From the human T2T-CHM13v2.0 reference genome, Homo sapiens: DNA of 64,000 bases. Under the pieces are notes generated by a model. That model had not been told where the DNA came from. It searched no databases and was given only the letters and a program-made list of their open reading frames with translations. Positions 27,211 through 40,975 of the stretch are shown here, in pieces. Position 1 is the first letter of the stretch, and every line of letters starts with the position of its first letter. The DNA lies in assembly GCF_009914755.1 (NCBI RefSeq), contig NC_060942.1; one strand, given 5' to 3'. The position numbers and the translations under genes are program-made.

Positions 27211-29784
27211 TAGGCATACCTCAGAGATACTGAAAGTTCAGTTCAAGACCAACATTATAAAAAAGAATATCACAATAAAGTAAGTCAAACAACCTTTTTG
27301 GTTTTCCATTGGATATAGAAGTTATGTTTACACTATACTGTAGTCTATCAACTGTACAATAGCATTATGTTTAATAAACAATGTATGTACTTTAAAAATA
27401 CTTTATTATTAAAAATTGCGAATGATTATTTGATCCTTCGGCAAGTTGTAAACTTTGTGCTGGCAGAGAGTCTTGCCTTGATATTGATGGCTGCTGACTG
27501 ATCAGGGTTGCCAAAGGTTAGGATGGCTGTGACAATTTCTTAAAATAAGACAACAATGAGGTTTACCACATCAATTGACTCTTCACAAACGACTTCTCTA
27601 TAGCATGAGATGCTGCTTGATAGCATTTTAACCACAGTAGAACTTTTTTCAATCATCCCAAAACTTACCACAGCTTTATCAACTAAGTTAACATCATATT
27701 ATAAATCATTTGTTGTCATGTCAACAATTTTCATTGCATCTTCACTTGGAATAAGTTCTTGATAGTTTGTTTGGAAGTTCTAATAGGGTAGTGCAGCTAC
27801 TCGTACACCCTTGACTGAAGACCAGTCCACCCTTATGATGGATGGTCTTCTACTTTGACCCAGTGCTCAGCTTCAGGAGGGATGGACATGGAGTGGTGCT
27901 GGAAGAAGGCCTAACCAGCCACATCAGACAAATCAACCCTGACAATCAATGGGGTGACAGATGTCTCAGCCAGATTGCCCTCATGTCCAACGTGGAGTAA
28001 ATTCTATCTCAAGAAACTACTTTCTTTGCTCATCCATAAGAAGCAACTCCTCGTCCTTTCAAGTTTTATAATGAGATTGCAGCAATTCAGTCACATCTTC
28101 AGGCTCCACTTCTAATTCTAGTTCTCTTGTGATTTCCATCTGCAGTTTCTTCCTCTACTGGTCTTAAATCTCTCAAAGTTATCCATGAGGGTGAATCAAC
28201 TTCTTCCAATCTCCCGTAAATGTTGATATGTTGACATCCTCCATGAATCACAAATGTTCTTAATGGCATCCAGAAAGGTGAATTCTTTCCAGAAGACTTT
28301 CATTTTTTTATTTTTTATTTTTTTGCCCAGATCCATCAGGGGAATCACTGTCTATGCAAATTATAGCTTTATTAAATGTATTTCTTAAATAATAAGACTT
28401 GAAATTCAATATTACTCTTATCCATGGGCTTCAGAATGGCTGCTGTTTTAGCAGGCATGAAGATGCCATTCATCTTTTTGTACATCTCCATCAGAGCTTT
28501 TAGGTGACCAGGAGCATTGTTAATGAGCAATAATTAATTGAAAGGAATCTTTTTTAATGAGCAGTAGGTCTCAACAGTGGGCTTAAAATATTCAGTAAAC
28601 CGTGCTGTCATTGGGCTTTGTTATTCCATTTATACAGCATAGGCAGACTAAATTCAACATCATTCTTAAGGGTCCTAGGATTTTCAGAATGGTGAATAAG
28701 CTTTAATTTCAAATAACCAGCTTATCTCCTAACAAGAAAGTCAACCTATCTTTTAAGCTTGGAAGCCAAGCACTGACTTCCCTGTAGCTATGAAACTCCT
28801 AGATGACATCTTTTTTCAATAGAAGATTGAAAATAGAAACAGAAAATAGGTTATTTAGTGTACTCACCTTCATCAATGATCTTAGCTAGATCATCTGTAT
28901 AACTTGCTGCAGCTTCTCCATTAACACTTGCTTCTTCACCTTGAACTTCTATGCTATGGAGACTGCTTTTTAAACCTCAAAAGGAACTGCTGTTATCTTC
29001 TAATTTTTTCTTCTACAGCTTCTTCACTTCTCTTAGTCTTCATAAAAGTGAAGAGAGTTAGGACTTAGCTCTAGATCTGGCTTTAGCTTACGGTAATGCC
29101 ATAGATGGTTTTATCTTCTATCCAGACCACTGAAACTTTTTCCATATCAGCAATAAGGCTGTTTGCTTTCTTGTAATTTGTGTATTCACTGAAGTAGAAG
29201 TTTTAGTTTCCTTCAAGAACTTTCTTTTTGTATTCAAAACTTGTCTGTTTGGTATAAGTGGCCTAGCTTTTAGACTGTCTCAACTTTTGACATGCCTTCC
29301 TCACTAAATTTAATCATTTCTAGCTTCTGATTGAAATAAATAGATGTGTGACCCTTCCTTTCATTTAAGTACTTAGAGGCTATTGTGGGGTTATTAATTG
29401 GCCTAATTTCAATATTGCTGTGTCTCAGGGAATAGGGAGCCTCAAGGAAGGAAGACAGAAGTGGGAACTGCTGGTCAGTGGAGCAGTTAGGACACATACA
29501 ATGTTTATTAAGTTTGCTGTCTTTTATGGGAAGGGTTCCTGGTGCCCTAAAACAATTACAAGAGAAACAACAAAAATCACTGATCACAGATCAGAATAAC
29601 AGATATACAATAATAATGAAAAAAATATGGTATAAGAATTACTACAATGTGATATAGAGACAAAGTGAGCACATGCTGTTAGAAAAATAGCACCAGTAGA
29701 TGTGCTCAACATAGGATTGTTACAGTCCTTTAATTTATTTAGAAAACACTATCTGCAAAGCACAATAAAAAAAATTCATGCCTG
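27211..29784 (-). mobile_element. Tigger1 DNA transposon, near full length, decayed transposase
   Basis: Termini TA|TAGGCATACCTC and CATGCCTG|TA. Minus ORF 29270-29587 ends ..ERKGHTSIYFNQKLEMIKFSEEGMSKVET, matching the pogo/CENP-B-type HTH N-terminus of Tigger1 transposase, then stops. Confidence 0.95.
27758..27988 (-). pseudogene. 7SK snRNA retropseudogene (about nt 1-240, 3'-truncated, no polyA) inside Tigger1
   Basis: Reverse strand reads GGACATGAGGGCAATCTGGCTGAGACATCTGTCACCCCATTGATTGTCAGGGTTGATT..GGTCTTCAGTCAAGGGTGTACGAGTAGCTGC..TAGAACTTCCAAACAAACTATCAAG, matching 7SK. Degenerate 16-bp TSD at 27744-27759 and 27990-28005. Confidence 0.95.
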
Positions 29785-31409
29785 TACTGTGTTTTCTTCC
29801 TTCCTTATTTTCTCCTTTCTTCATAATTATTATTATTTTTTTAATTTCCAAAGCACTTCCATGAAAAATACTGTATTTAATTCTCTCAATAACTGGGCTC
29901 TGCTGGTAAGAAGATGTTGATTTCATTATTGTACTTATTTACCATGTGAACCCGCTGTAATTCAAAAATATTAAGTGAGTTTTCCCCCCAGTTCACACAG
30001 GAAGAAGTTGGAGTTCGTGAAAAAACTTCTTAGCCTTGCCTGCATGATTGTGACCTCCTTCTTGCTCCTTTATGGCAGGATGTGTACTAGTATGTATTTG
30101 TTTATGTTTACTTTTTTTTCTTAATGAAAGGCATAGAACAAGAATTTGTTGAACAGAAATACCCCTGCTATTTTCAGGAAATTTCTCTTAGTCTTGATGG
30201 GGCAAAATGCATTCTAAATTCCATTCCATTTTCTCACCACCACTTGATGGGTGAGCTTCCACATAAGATTCAGAGGACATGCTGTCTTCCCTGTCATGAC
30301 TCTTTCTTAAGATGACTTTCAATACAGCCATTAGCACTCATCCACACAGGACAAACTGAGACCTCACATGCTGAAGAAATGTAGTAGCAAGTGTAGATAC
30401 GATGCCATGTGCTATTGTGGACAAGCAGGGTCAACTGGTAGCCACAACAATGTCAGAAAAGGGATTTAAAATAAAATAGAACCCCCTCTGTTTCTCTTAT
30501 ACAAAAACATTCACTGTATGTCCACATAATAGAATGTCTCATAACAACATTGCAACACCTCAACCACAACACTTTAAGAAATGTGTAAGACAGCAGAAGA
30601 CAGGTATATTTGTTGAGCCAGGAACTATGCACCAAGTTGTATACACCTTAACTCTTACAACATTTATAGCTCTATGTGTAGGTGCCACACTTTCTCATTT
30701 AAAGAAGATAAAACAATACTGGAATTGGTTAAAGAAACTTGGTATCGCTTTTTGGGAGAAGCATGGAACAAGGCCCAATGCAGAGCGATACCAGGAATAA
30801 ATGGCAGAGAAAAGAGATGCCATATGCAAAAGATAGCAATGAAAATGGATTGTTCAAGAGGTGCATGCCTAAAGCACAGATGAGAAGAAACTGTTTGAGA
30901 ACAGCTGAGCTAATTGTTGCTATTGATGAAACCTATCAAAACTGAAGAGTTGGTATTAGAAAAAAACAGGGTGTGCAGTAGAGAAAGGTCTTCTTTCACC
31001 TGTGTTAAGTTAGTCCTTGTGTTAAAGTTCTGACCTAGGGCTTGATCTGCACAATGCCCCTCTTCTCTGGCAAAAAGGAAAATGATGTCAATGGCATGGA
31101 TGTTTATGTATGCATCCTCAGCCTACAGAAGTTTCTCAGTAGTACCTGGATGCTGAGATTGCATTAAGAGCCCGTGATACTGATGCTGGCAAACAAGCCT
31201 TCCTGCCTTTCTTGATCCTTCTTTCATTTAATTTTAATGGAGTAAAACATGTATATCAATAATTCACACTCTTTTCTCTTTCCAGTTGTGCCTATATTCG
31301 TAACAAAATTTTCCAAGCCTACTCCTTTTATTTACACTTTATCTCTTAAACCCTCTGCCCTCCTAACTGAACATTCCGTTTTTATTAAGTGGCTGCTTTA
31401 AAAGATGCC

Positions 31410-31574
31410 CTTTTCTTAATGAAATCTAATCAAGTAATTAATATTGCCCCAATTCCTTCCCATTTTCTTGCCTCTCTGGCATATAGTCTACACTTTTCTT
31501 AATGAAATCTGCCCAAATAGTTAATATTGCCCCAATTCCTTCCCATTTTCTTTCCTCTCTGGCACATAGTCTAC
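31410..31574. repeat. 83-bp-period tandem duplication (2 copies)
   Basis: 31410-31491 versus 31493-31574, 7 substitutions by hand. Confidence 0.95.
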
Positions 31575-32559
31575 GTGTTATCCATAACTGCCATTTTACC
31601 TTGCTGTCATTTAATCCACAGTTTATTGTTTGCTCTTCTTTTGAATGCATTTGTGTTCATTTCCTCAGTGTCCTCATTGCCAGCTGGCCTGTTCCCTGCA
31701 GATTTCCTGTGGCCAAATGTCATTCCTAAGAGCCTGCACCTTTGGTGATTTCTCCGAGCATTTGTTTAGACCCTATCAATCATTATCTCACAATAAACAA
31801 CAGCTTTGCAAATGGAGAGCAAGGCTCGCCCAGTGATTGATGCTTCTGGATGCCTGTCTTTTCTCCTTGTGAGAATCACAAGGGCCCTCTCCTTTTATTT
31901 TGAGGGCTCTGGCTGTACCTGCCATGACTTATGGGAAAACAAGGCTAAACTGCCAATACCAGGGCCTCTCTTCTTTTCCTCTTACTGCATTTCCTTATCG
32001 GTTGTGACAATATGCCACAATTAATGATAGCAGAAATACCCATGTTTGATACCACATGCATCACACTTAGGTGTGATGGATTAGCAATCAAGGAAATTAA
32101 TTCTGCCATTACAAAGTAACATCTGAACTTTGAAGTTAGGCAATTGCATGGTATAAGGTTCTGTTATGAATTCAGCCATAGGTATAACATTAGGCAAGCT
32201 TATTTAGGTGCAGAATAGTTTCAACATTGTTAGCTTTTTAGTTTCCCTACAATGGTTTGCAATTCTTTTCCACCAAACCTCCTTCATTTCAGAGGACCAT
32301 AGGACCATCAAATTTCAAGTTTAGACAGACGTTAGATAATTGCTATATATTTTTGACCAAGTATATCATATTTCTAATAGAATGTTCATGATCAAAGGTC
32401 CACTGAAAATCAGTATTTTCTGGAATGAGTAATTTACCTTTGTTGGAAGACACCAGGTTTATTGTAATATGCTTCTCTTGATTTGAGAAGCTCTGGAATA
32501 ACCAAAGTCAACCTGGTTGGCTGTATTTCCTGAAATACTTCACCTTTGAGGCTTTTTAA

Positions 32560-32797
32560 AAATTATTATTATACTTAAAGTTCTGGGGTACATGTACAGA
32601 ACTTGCAGGTGTGTTACACAGGTATACACGTGCCATGGTGGTTTGCTGCACCCATCAATCCGTCAACTACATTAGGTATTTCTCCTAATGCTATCCCTCC
32701 CCTAGCTCCTCACCCACTGACAAACCCCAGTGTGTGATATTCCCCTCCCTGTGTCTATGTGTTCTCATTGTTCAACTCCCACTTGTGAAAGAGAACA
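32560..32797 (-). mobile_element. Short 5'-truncated L1PA (L1PA7/8-like) 3' end
   Basis: TTATTATACTTAAAGTTCTGGGGTACATGT..CATTGTTCAACTCCCACTT. Perfect 13-bp TSD TGAGGCTTTTTAA (32547-32559 and 32798-32810). Confidence 0.95.
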
Positions 32798-35736
32798 TGA
32801 GGCTTTTTAATATACTTTTACACCAAAAATACAGCTATGGAACTCTCTTTCACTGGCCTAACAGACTCGATCCTCTAGTGTTTCTTATATAGTCAGAGCC
32901 AATACATACTAAATAGCCCCTGGATTGCTGAGGCTGCCAGCTAATGGCCAGATCAAACCAAATAAAATAAAAACAATGCCTGAAGACAGTGTAAAATACA
33001 GTTAACAATCAAGACATAAAATTGTTCCATTAAGTTCAGTATTGTATTTCATAGGGAGGTAGTTTTATACTAACCCCGGTCTGACAAAATTATGCTTCTA
33101 TAGCCCTTGTGGGCAGAAAGTCTACTAAAATTGGTAGATTCATTAGTCCCATCATTCTTCTTGGGGCCAATGTGGTAAATAGCCATTTCACAGCTGGTTT
33201 GGTCTGAAGGTAGACTGTGGATTTGAGTTCTTAGAAACCCAACTGAGAGGCAAAATGTGCCTGTATGGGTTAGGGAAACCTATACAGCTGAGAGCATAAG
33301 GAAAGAAGAGGTCAGGAAGAATACTGACTTTTATCCTTTATTATATCATCTATACATTTTCTCTGGTACCTTCTCCTTGCTGTAAGGACTACAATTCTGA
33401 TGAAAATACCAAAAAAGCAAAACTCTATTAAGTCTAATAAATATTTCCCTCCATGATATTTCCTTTATTTGGAATCAATGTTGTAATAGGCTGAATCATG
33501 AATAAGGCAGGTAAAACATGTAATAAAATCAAACTTACACAGTATGTTCAGAGTCTGATTAGGTTCTCAGAAGAATGTCTAGAAAACTTCATAGATCACT
33601 TCCAAGTGTTTTAGACACATCAATTTCCATCATATTAGTTAGATCTATTAATTATGAAATATTGTTTACTCTTTAAGATGATTTCCCTGGAACCTATAGC
33701 TAGAAATAATATGTTAAATTTGTTATTGAATGCATCAGAAATGCTGCATTTATTTAAAAACCTTCTGATAATAATACTCCAAAATTGAAACTGTCATTTT
33801 ACCCAAGACATTTCAATGAATAAACTGTTTTCTTATTTGTTTGCATGTTTCATTTGTTTACATAGTTGCATTCCATTACTGGCTATTTTTATATGTCAGT
33901 AGCTGAGCTGGGATCTGGGAATTAAGAATAATGACAATTAGAGACTACTATTTTCCTCATTCCTAGTACATTTGAAAAATGGATCTGTGGATGTTAGTTG
34001 AGTTCATGCTCACAATGGCTGTCAAAGTCAGAGAGAACATGTTTATCAGCCCCATTTGATACATGAATAAACTAAAGTCAGGCACTAAGTACATTCATAG
34101 AAATCAGAGTCTATAATCCAGGAGTCTCCTCATTCAGCCTAGTGTGCTTTCTAATAAACTGCCTTATTTTTCCCTTTTTCCATTTATCTTAAGAGTCTCA
34201 AAATAAAAAATAAATGCCCTCAATAAAATAAGCCATTTAAAATTTATCAGAGACAAAAGAAACTCGACATCACACGTCAAAAACTGAATAGAATTTTTTC
34301 ATAAACAAAATTTAAGCTTCCTTTTAACTAATGTCTTTTAACAACTCCTTTCCTGACTTTTGCTATGAATATGACAATAAATGAAATATTCAAAATATAT
34401 GTTCCAAATAAGATAAACAAAATGTTCCATTTTTAAAGATATATATTATCCCAGATATTAGACATACCCATTTTAATGTGGGCCCCTTGTCGTTATGTTT
34501 ATCTATTTTGAGCTACCCTAAGACCCACTGTAAATTGAAAACCTATCATGAAATAAATAAGATTTGAGGACAAAAGTAAGACAAAGAACTGAAAAATATA
34601 TATAAGTCTTGTTTCCTGATCAGTCAATCATGTGACCATGATTATACTGTCATGTTCTTCGCAGTTATTTGATCAGGGTGGTGATGAAGAAGGAAGGAGC
34701 ATGTTTCACTGCATTTACAAAATGCAATTTTTATTCCCTAGAGTGACAACAGTATGATTTATGTCCTTGGAGTTAGGTGAAGTTCTGGATGTTAGTTTCA
34801 GATAGTGATATGCTTTCTTAAAAGCTCACACAGAATCACTTTTCACATATAGATATGTATTGTCCAGGGCTCTGAAGGAGAAGAATCTCACTGAGGTCAT
34901 ACCAATTATGCAGCATTATTTATATTCCTAACACGCATTTATATAAATTATTTTATTTTTGGTTTGTAATAATTTCACACTATAGGTAGGGTGACTTTGT
35001 GTATGTGTGTATATCTTTTATACATAGAAGTAAAATATAATAAGCTCTTCATTATACCTAGCCTTGTTCCTCAAAATCAAAATTAAACAATGTAAATATA
35101 TAGTATAATCATTAATTAGTTCAATACATATATTTTAAAACACAAAACTGACCTTGTTTAGATTAAGAGACATCTCTGCCAGGTAGAATTAAGTGTAGAT
35201 GAAATGTCACATTTGTTGATCATTTGTAGTAACATAATTATTGCACAGATGGAGAGGAGAAGGATGTAAAGGTTTACCTACAATGAATCTAGATCATTGT
35301 AAGACAAAAGTGAGTAATGGGAACCTTCAATTTCCTGGAAATCTCAAATTCTATCCCTCTCCCTGTGCCCGACCAATCTTCACACTTCAAGTCTCTGCTC
35401 ACAGGTTTCTCTAGAGAGTGCCTGCCTCCTTTATACTGGCTTCAGACTGCAAATCTCCTAATCATTTTTCTTTCCTCCTTGCTTTTCTCCACTTTGAACT
35501 TGTCTTTCCCCTGCACCTCACAACATGTTATCCGGCAACAGTAGACCTAAAATCTTTATCAGACAGTGTTCAGTTCCCTTTGGCTGATCCTAGCTATTTC
35601 AAGGAGACAGCAGATCAGCATGACGAACATATTCAGCAGGTCACAAAAGAAGGTAATATAATAGGGCAGACCTCCCTTTCCTTCCCCAATTAAAAGAACA
35701 TTAATCATTTTAAAAATCACTCAGTTTTCTCCTAAT

Positions 35737-35997
35737 TATAGTATATTTTGATGATTAAGAGCACAGGTTTTAAAATCACACTCCTTGGGTACAAATCTTG
35801 ACTACTCCACTTACTAGCCATGTGGCATCTTGTAAGTTACTTAAGCTCTATGCCTCAATTTCCTTAGCTATGAAATTGAGGTGTGTGCCAGTAGAAACCC
35901 CTTTATAGAGCTCTTATAAGATTCAGTTACTCAGTATGTAAGGTATTCAGAACAATGTTTGATATATAGTAGAATGTGTATAGGGCTTACTGATATT
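35737..35997 (+). mobile_element. MIR
   Basis: GATTAAGAGCACAGG..CTCCACTTACTAGCCATGTG..AAGTTACTTAAGCTCTATGCCTCAATTTCC. Confidence 0.8.
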
Positions 35998-38900
35998 AAT
36001 GCACAAATTAACTTATTTCATCCTAAAAAATGTTAATAATAGATATTAAACTATTTGCTTGTGACAAAAAACTAGAAAACTTTTGTGCCTGCATTAGAAC
36101 TCAAGCTGACTCCAGAAACTTCAGTCTTTTCATGATTATTTTAACTGTTTGAAGATAATGACTCTCTATGTGGAGAAAATCTAATGCTATGCTTAATAAG
36201 CTGAGGTTATTCTGAAAACAACCTTATACAAGATATCTAGGGGCAGGTCAGCATCACTGCAGTCACATTCTGCAGACAGCTGTCTTCTTTGTCTTTGTGT
36301 GTGTGGGTTCAATTTCTGTTTCTAAAGTGTAGAATAACTTTTATACCACCAGCGTCCTAACTAAGATGCACATCAGTGATGAATGTAGTTGCTAAATACA
36401 TGTGTGCAGAGATTACTCTTGCAGTAATCCTGTCTCACAGGACTGTAAACCCATTTCTAGAAATAAACAGAAAAAAAGAAATCCTCTGACACACAAATTA
36501 ATTGTCATAAAACTCCAGCATCAAAGGCAGGTATTTGGGCTTTCCTTTCAACACATAACAACTTTGATTTAAAACACTGAACTTGATTATCTGCTTGTTC
36601 ATATCAGAACATATTTTAAGTTTGAAATTAGAGAAGCGGTAGCAGTTTTGTTTGAATCAGGTAGACTGGCATTTGCAAGAAATTATAGATGATAACAATA
36701 AGGTGTTTTACAAAATATTCAGACTAAAAATAAAATATGTATTTCCAGATAACAATGAAATAATCATAGTGGTAACTGTGAGTTATCAAGCAATGGTTTA
36801 AATGATGTTTAGCATTCTCTGTGATGAAACAGCTTAGAAAGATCTCTATCACACCATATCGAAATAAGCTCATTTTTGACTTGAGAAACTAGTTTCTGGT
36901 TATCTGGAAAATAACCACCCCCTTATAATGCCAGATAAATTAAATGATAATTTAATATGTTCTGTATAGAACACAGCTGTTCTATAGTGATCATTAAGCG
37001 TATACATTTCCTTGTTAGACTGAATACTCATTCAAATAGAAATTGGAATTTCACAAAGAGGCTATTCACAAGAAACATAGGTCACTTTTGATAATATGCA
37101 TCATAATTAGCTTTATAGATATTACATTTAATGTTGAGAGTAGAGAAGAAACATAACAGAAATTGGGAGGGCTGCAGATACTGAATCCAGTACGGAAAAT
37201 AACTTCTGAAATTGTATTCCATTTTTCTACTTCCTTAGCTCATAATTTGGTTCTGATTGGGGAAGAAAAATCTCAGAAGACTCAGAGGTTCAAATCATAT
37301 TAGTTCTCAAAAGTTTGGATGTGCCTTCAAACCTCCTGGGCCTGAAAATATTGACTGGAAATGACACAAAAAACAGCTTCTTCACAGCGTTTCTGGCAGT
37401 TCAACTCCTGCTCCTGGCTGGAAGTTCAAGTGCAGAGATGCATGAAATTGAACAATGATAATAATAAAAACTTTTCTGAAACCATTTTAAAGCTGCAAAA
37501 AGTTGGATTTTAGGTCTATCTAATCTAAGGGAATGGCTCAGGTACAATTTTATAGTCAAATGGGTTCATCTTTTTTCCTTCTTTCTCGTTTGGTTCCCAC
37601 CGCATGTTAATTTTACTCCTTTATTAAGGAGTTCAAACTTTAGCACCATTGAACTGATACCTGCTAATTATTTGGAGTTTGATTAGTTCATTTGTTGGTT
37701 ATCAAGACCTCTTTGCTCTGTCCTTTGTTTGTGAGCAATGGGGAAATTCAGTTCAACGAATCTTGCTCTTCTCTTACCTCTATGCGTGAATATGCCATGG
37801 GAGAAACCGTTAAAGTTATTGGGTAAAGTGCTAGAAATTTTGAAGAATGTTTCTACCTTTCATTACTCTCAGACCCATCCTTTTGTTATTATTGGGGAAT
37901 ATAATGTTACAGTCTCCATCCAAACATCCCCCAGGGCCATTTGTGGAGGAAAAAAAAAAAAGGTTTGTGTTAAAAAAAAAGTTGGATACTTTTTAATTTT
38001 TTGTCTTGTTAAAGACAGTATTTTAAAATTCTCACAAATAATTTTACTTCTTGTGAGAATATAAATACTATAACAAAGGAGTCCGCAAAAGGAAAAATGG
38101 ACGCAACCTTATTTGTCCCTCTGTCATTCTGATTCCTTTCTCTGCTCTCTAAAAGCTCCAAGCATTATTTCTAGGATATTTAAATTTCTCTTGGAAGAAT
38201 AGTAAAGATAAATGAGTGATTTGTTAAAATTCATCATCTTACAAAAGGAATGTATATTATACTTTTAACATAAATGGATACTCTTATCTGTCACTCTTGC
38301 AACAGAGAAGCGAACATTTCTCAGAAATAAATTCTACTACGGTAACATCATTGAGAGATTTTCTGGGGACATCTTGATGCAGAGCCTCTCAATTACGCCT
38401 GAAACATGATTTAAGATGATACAATTGGGAAGTGGTGAACAAAGAGTATATTTATTCATTTAAATATCTATGATTTCATGAAAAATTTACCAAAATTTCT
38501 AGTATTATTTTCCAAAATCAATCATACATGTTTAGGCTCCATAAAATGCTGCTGTTTTTGAAGTTGCAAAATATTGAAAATTCCTTAATAATTTGTTCAC
38601 ACATGACATTTGTGTGATTGTGTAAATGCTCTGTTGATTTTTCCTTCCAGACATATTCATTTAGTCAAGGATTATTTTTATGTAGACGGATTATGGTGAT
38701 TAGAAATTTCCAAAGATTTTGCCTTCACAAAAATACCAATGATTTTAGCCTACTGAGAAGTTGTTTATAGCAGTTTACTTTCTTAACTAAAGTCCATAAG
38801 TCTAGCTTTAGAAGTAGCAAGGCCGATAAACCATGAAAGAACTATTTTATGGGTGATCCAGTAACTAGAATTGCAAGAAAAGAGAGAAAATAAATAATTT

Positions 38901-39974
38901 TAAGAAAAGACCACTATTGACTGGTTCGTACAGTGGATGGCATTTGCCTTCAACTGTAAGATAATTGGACCAGAGGGCTACAAATCCATTGCAATACAAG
39001 GCTTTCCGTACAAGGCAGTTAATACACCATCAAGTGAGCTAGTAGTAATAGTTTCTGTGTTGCAGCCTAAGTATATTTTCATTCAGCTCATTTGCACTTC
39101 AAAGCTGAAGTCGATAATTCAGGCCCAAGTAGGTGCAATTTGGGCTATTTCCCTTTTGTAGCATATGAACACAAGCTGAGAAAATCTCTAAATTCATTTG
39201 CACAAGGCATTACTGGCCAGAGTCAGCGAAGCAGAGACACGGCTAATTTCCTATAGGTAAGTATTTTCCCTATGAATAAATCCTTCGGTAGTTGGGGATG
39301 GGTGGGGGACAAGGATTCAGAGAAACATGGTTTGCTCTCTATTGGTGATCAATGATTTTATTACATAAAACATAAGGATATTAGTTGCCTTACAACAGAT
39401 CTTAGAATCTTATCTGCAGCAAAACACTTGTGTGGTGAATTAACAAGTCTAACCAATCATATTCATGGGCCAAGAAATGTCTGGTGAATGAGAAGAAAAA
39501 ACATATGCCAGGAAAGGTGAGCTCTGTCTAGGTCAGGAACAACATGGTTAGATTATTATCAGAAAGTGCAAGCATCAGAAAATTGGCGGAGAAAACTATT
39601 TTTGTTCAAACATCATTTAATAAAATATCTCAATGGCCACTTACCGTGTAACACATATGAAATGTTTTTCTGGTACTTCATTCTCTGTTATGTTATTCAA
39701 TTCCAGATTCTGCTAAATGTGCTAAGCACCTGTTTTTGTGTACTGAAACCACATATCCCAAATTTTATAGGTCAATCCTGCAATAAGCCTGCCTTACCAT
39801 CATACTCATCTCCAAATATGCATTACAGTCAACATAATCAGTTACTAGTCACTGCGTTGGAGAATTTCACTAGCATTATTTTAGGAGCTGTTCTGTGAGA
39901 TATGATTGCGTTTAAAGTGATTGGCTTAACCTGCTGAGCTAAGAGTTTTTGTGTGTTTGAATTTCTTTTAATCC

Positions 39975-40225
39975 AACATTTACTGAGATCATCCTTTGTC
40001 CCAGAAACTGTGTGAAATACTTTCCATACATTACCTTATTTTCTCACTACAACATCATTATGGGCAGTGCACTAGAATTGTACCCATTTTGCAGATAAAA
40101 AATTTGAGGCACAAAGAAGTTAGGTGACTTACACAAAGTTAAATAACTTGCCCAGGTTTTTCTGGCAGAAAAAAGATCTGAAATCAAATCTCCTGATTCC
40201 AAGTTGAACACTTTTATATTAGACG
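39975..40225 (-). mobile_element. MIR (MIRb-like)
   Basis: AACATTTACTGAG..CCCATTTTGCAGATAAAAAATTTGAGGCACAAAGAAGTTAGGTGACTT. Confidence 0.8.
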
Positions 40226-40767
40226 CACAGCATTTCATGCCTGTGACACAAGGTAATACACTTGTAATATTTCTTAGGATACACACCAGTGGCTTCTTTA
40301 CAAGACATATGAGCATTTTCAAAAGGGAATGTCTCAGATTCTGATGATGCCTGCCTGGCTTCTTATACACTTGCCATCCTTGCCCACCCCCACCTATTCC
40401 AGCTCTCTCTCTCTGTCTACTAATTTTCCAGTACAGGTGTTTGTTTAAATCAGATACTTTTTTCATTACCCCATGCTCAGCTTAAAGCTCCATGTGTTTC
40501 CCTACCTGAAATGCAACTTTCTTTTTTTAATCCTCCTTCCACCCTGGAATACCAAGATTGGAAAGTTCTGGAATCGCACTTTATTACTTTGTTCTTAAAT
40601 GATTTCCCTTTCCTCAGGCTCATGTAAATTCCTAATTTAATTACATTCTGCCTATTATTGCCTGATTTCAGTAGTCTTAAAACATTTTCAATAAATCTTT
40701 CTCAAATCTCACACTTACATCTATGATAACCTAATTCACAACAAGGAAGCAATAATTATTTTTAATC

Positions 40768-40975
40768 TTTATTGAGTGCTAGACTTCTGCCACATTTTAT
40801 GCCAAGGGCTTTTTAAAAATTGCTTTGGATCTACTCTGTGAAGTACAGATTATCATGGCCATTTTACAGGACAAAAAATTGAGGCTTTGAGAGATGAGTA
40901 AATTGTCTAAGACAATTGTGGCAGAGTCACAAACCACGAATCTTTGACCCAAATACCCATGCCTATCTCCTACTG
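40768..40975 (-). mobile_element. MIR relic
   Basis: TTTATTGAGTGCT..CCATTTTACAGGACAAAAAATTGAGGCTTTGAGAGATGAGTAAATTGTCTAAG. Confidence 0.65.

Noticed and set aside
29270-29587. TIGD/CENP-B-like gene
   Set aside because: It is the truncated transposase remnant inside Tigger1 and stops within the HTH.
31410-31574. CRISPR-like or regularly spaced repeat array (also 44530-44563)
   Set aside because: Eukaryotic context, only 2-3 adjacent copies and no unique spacers.
40047-40466. 139-aa minus ORF
   Set aside because: The C-terminal part translates a MIR and there is no domain similarity.
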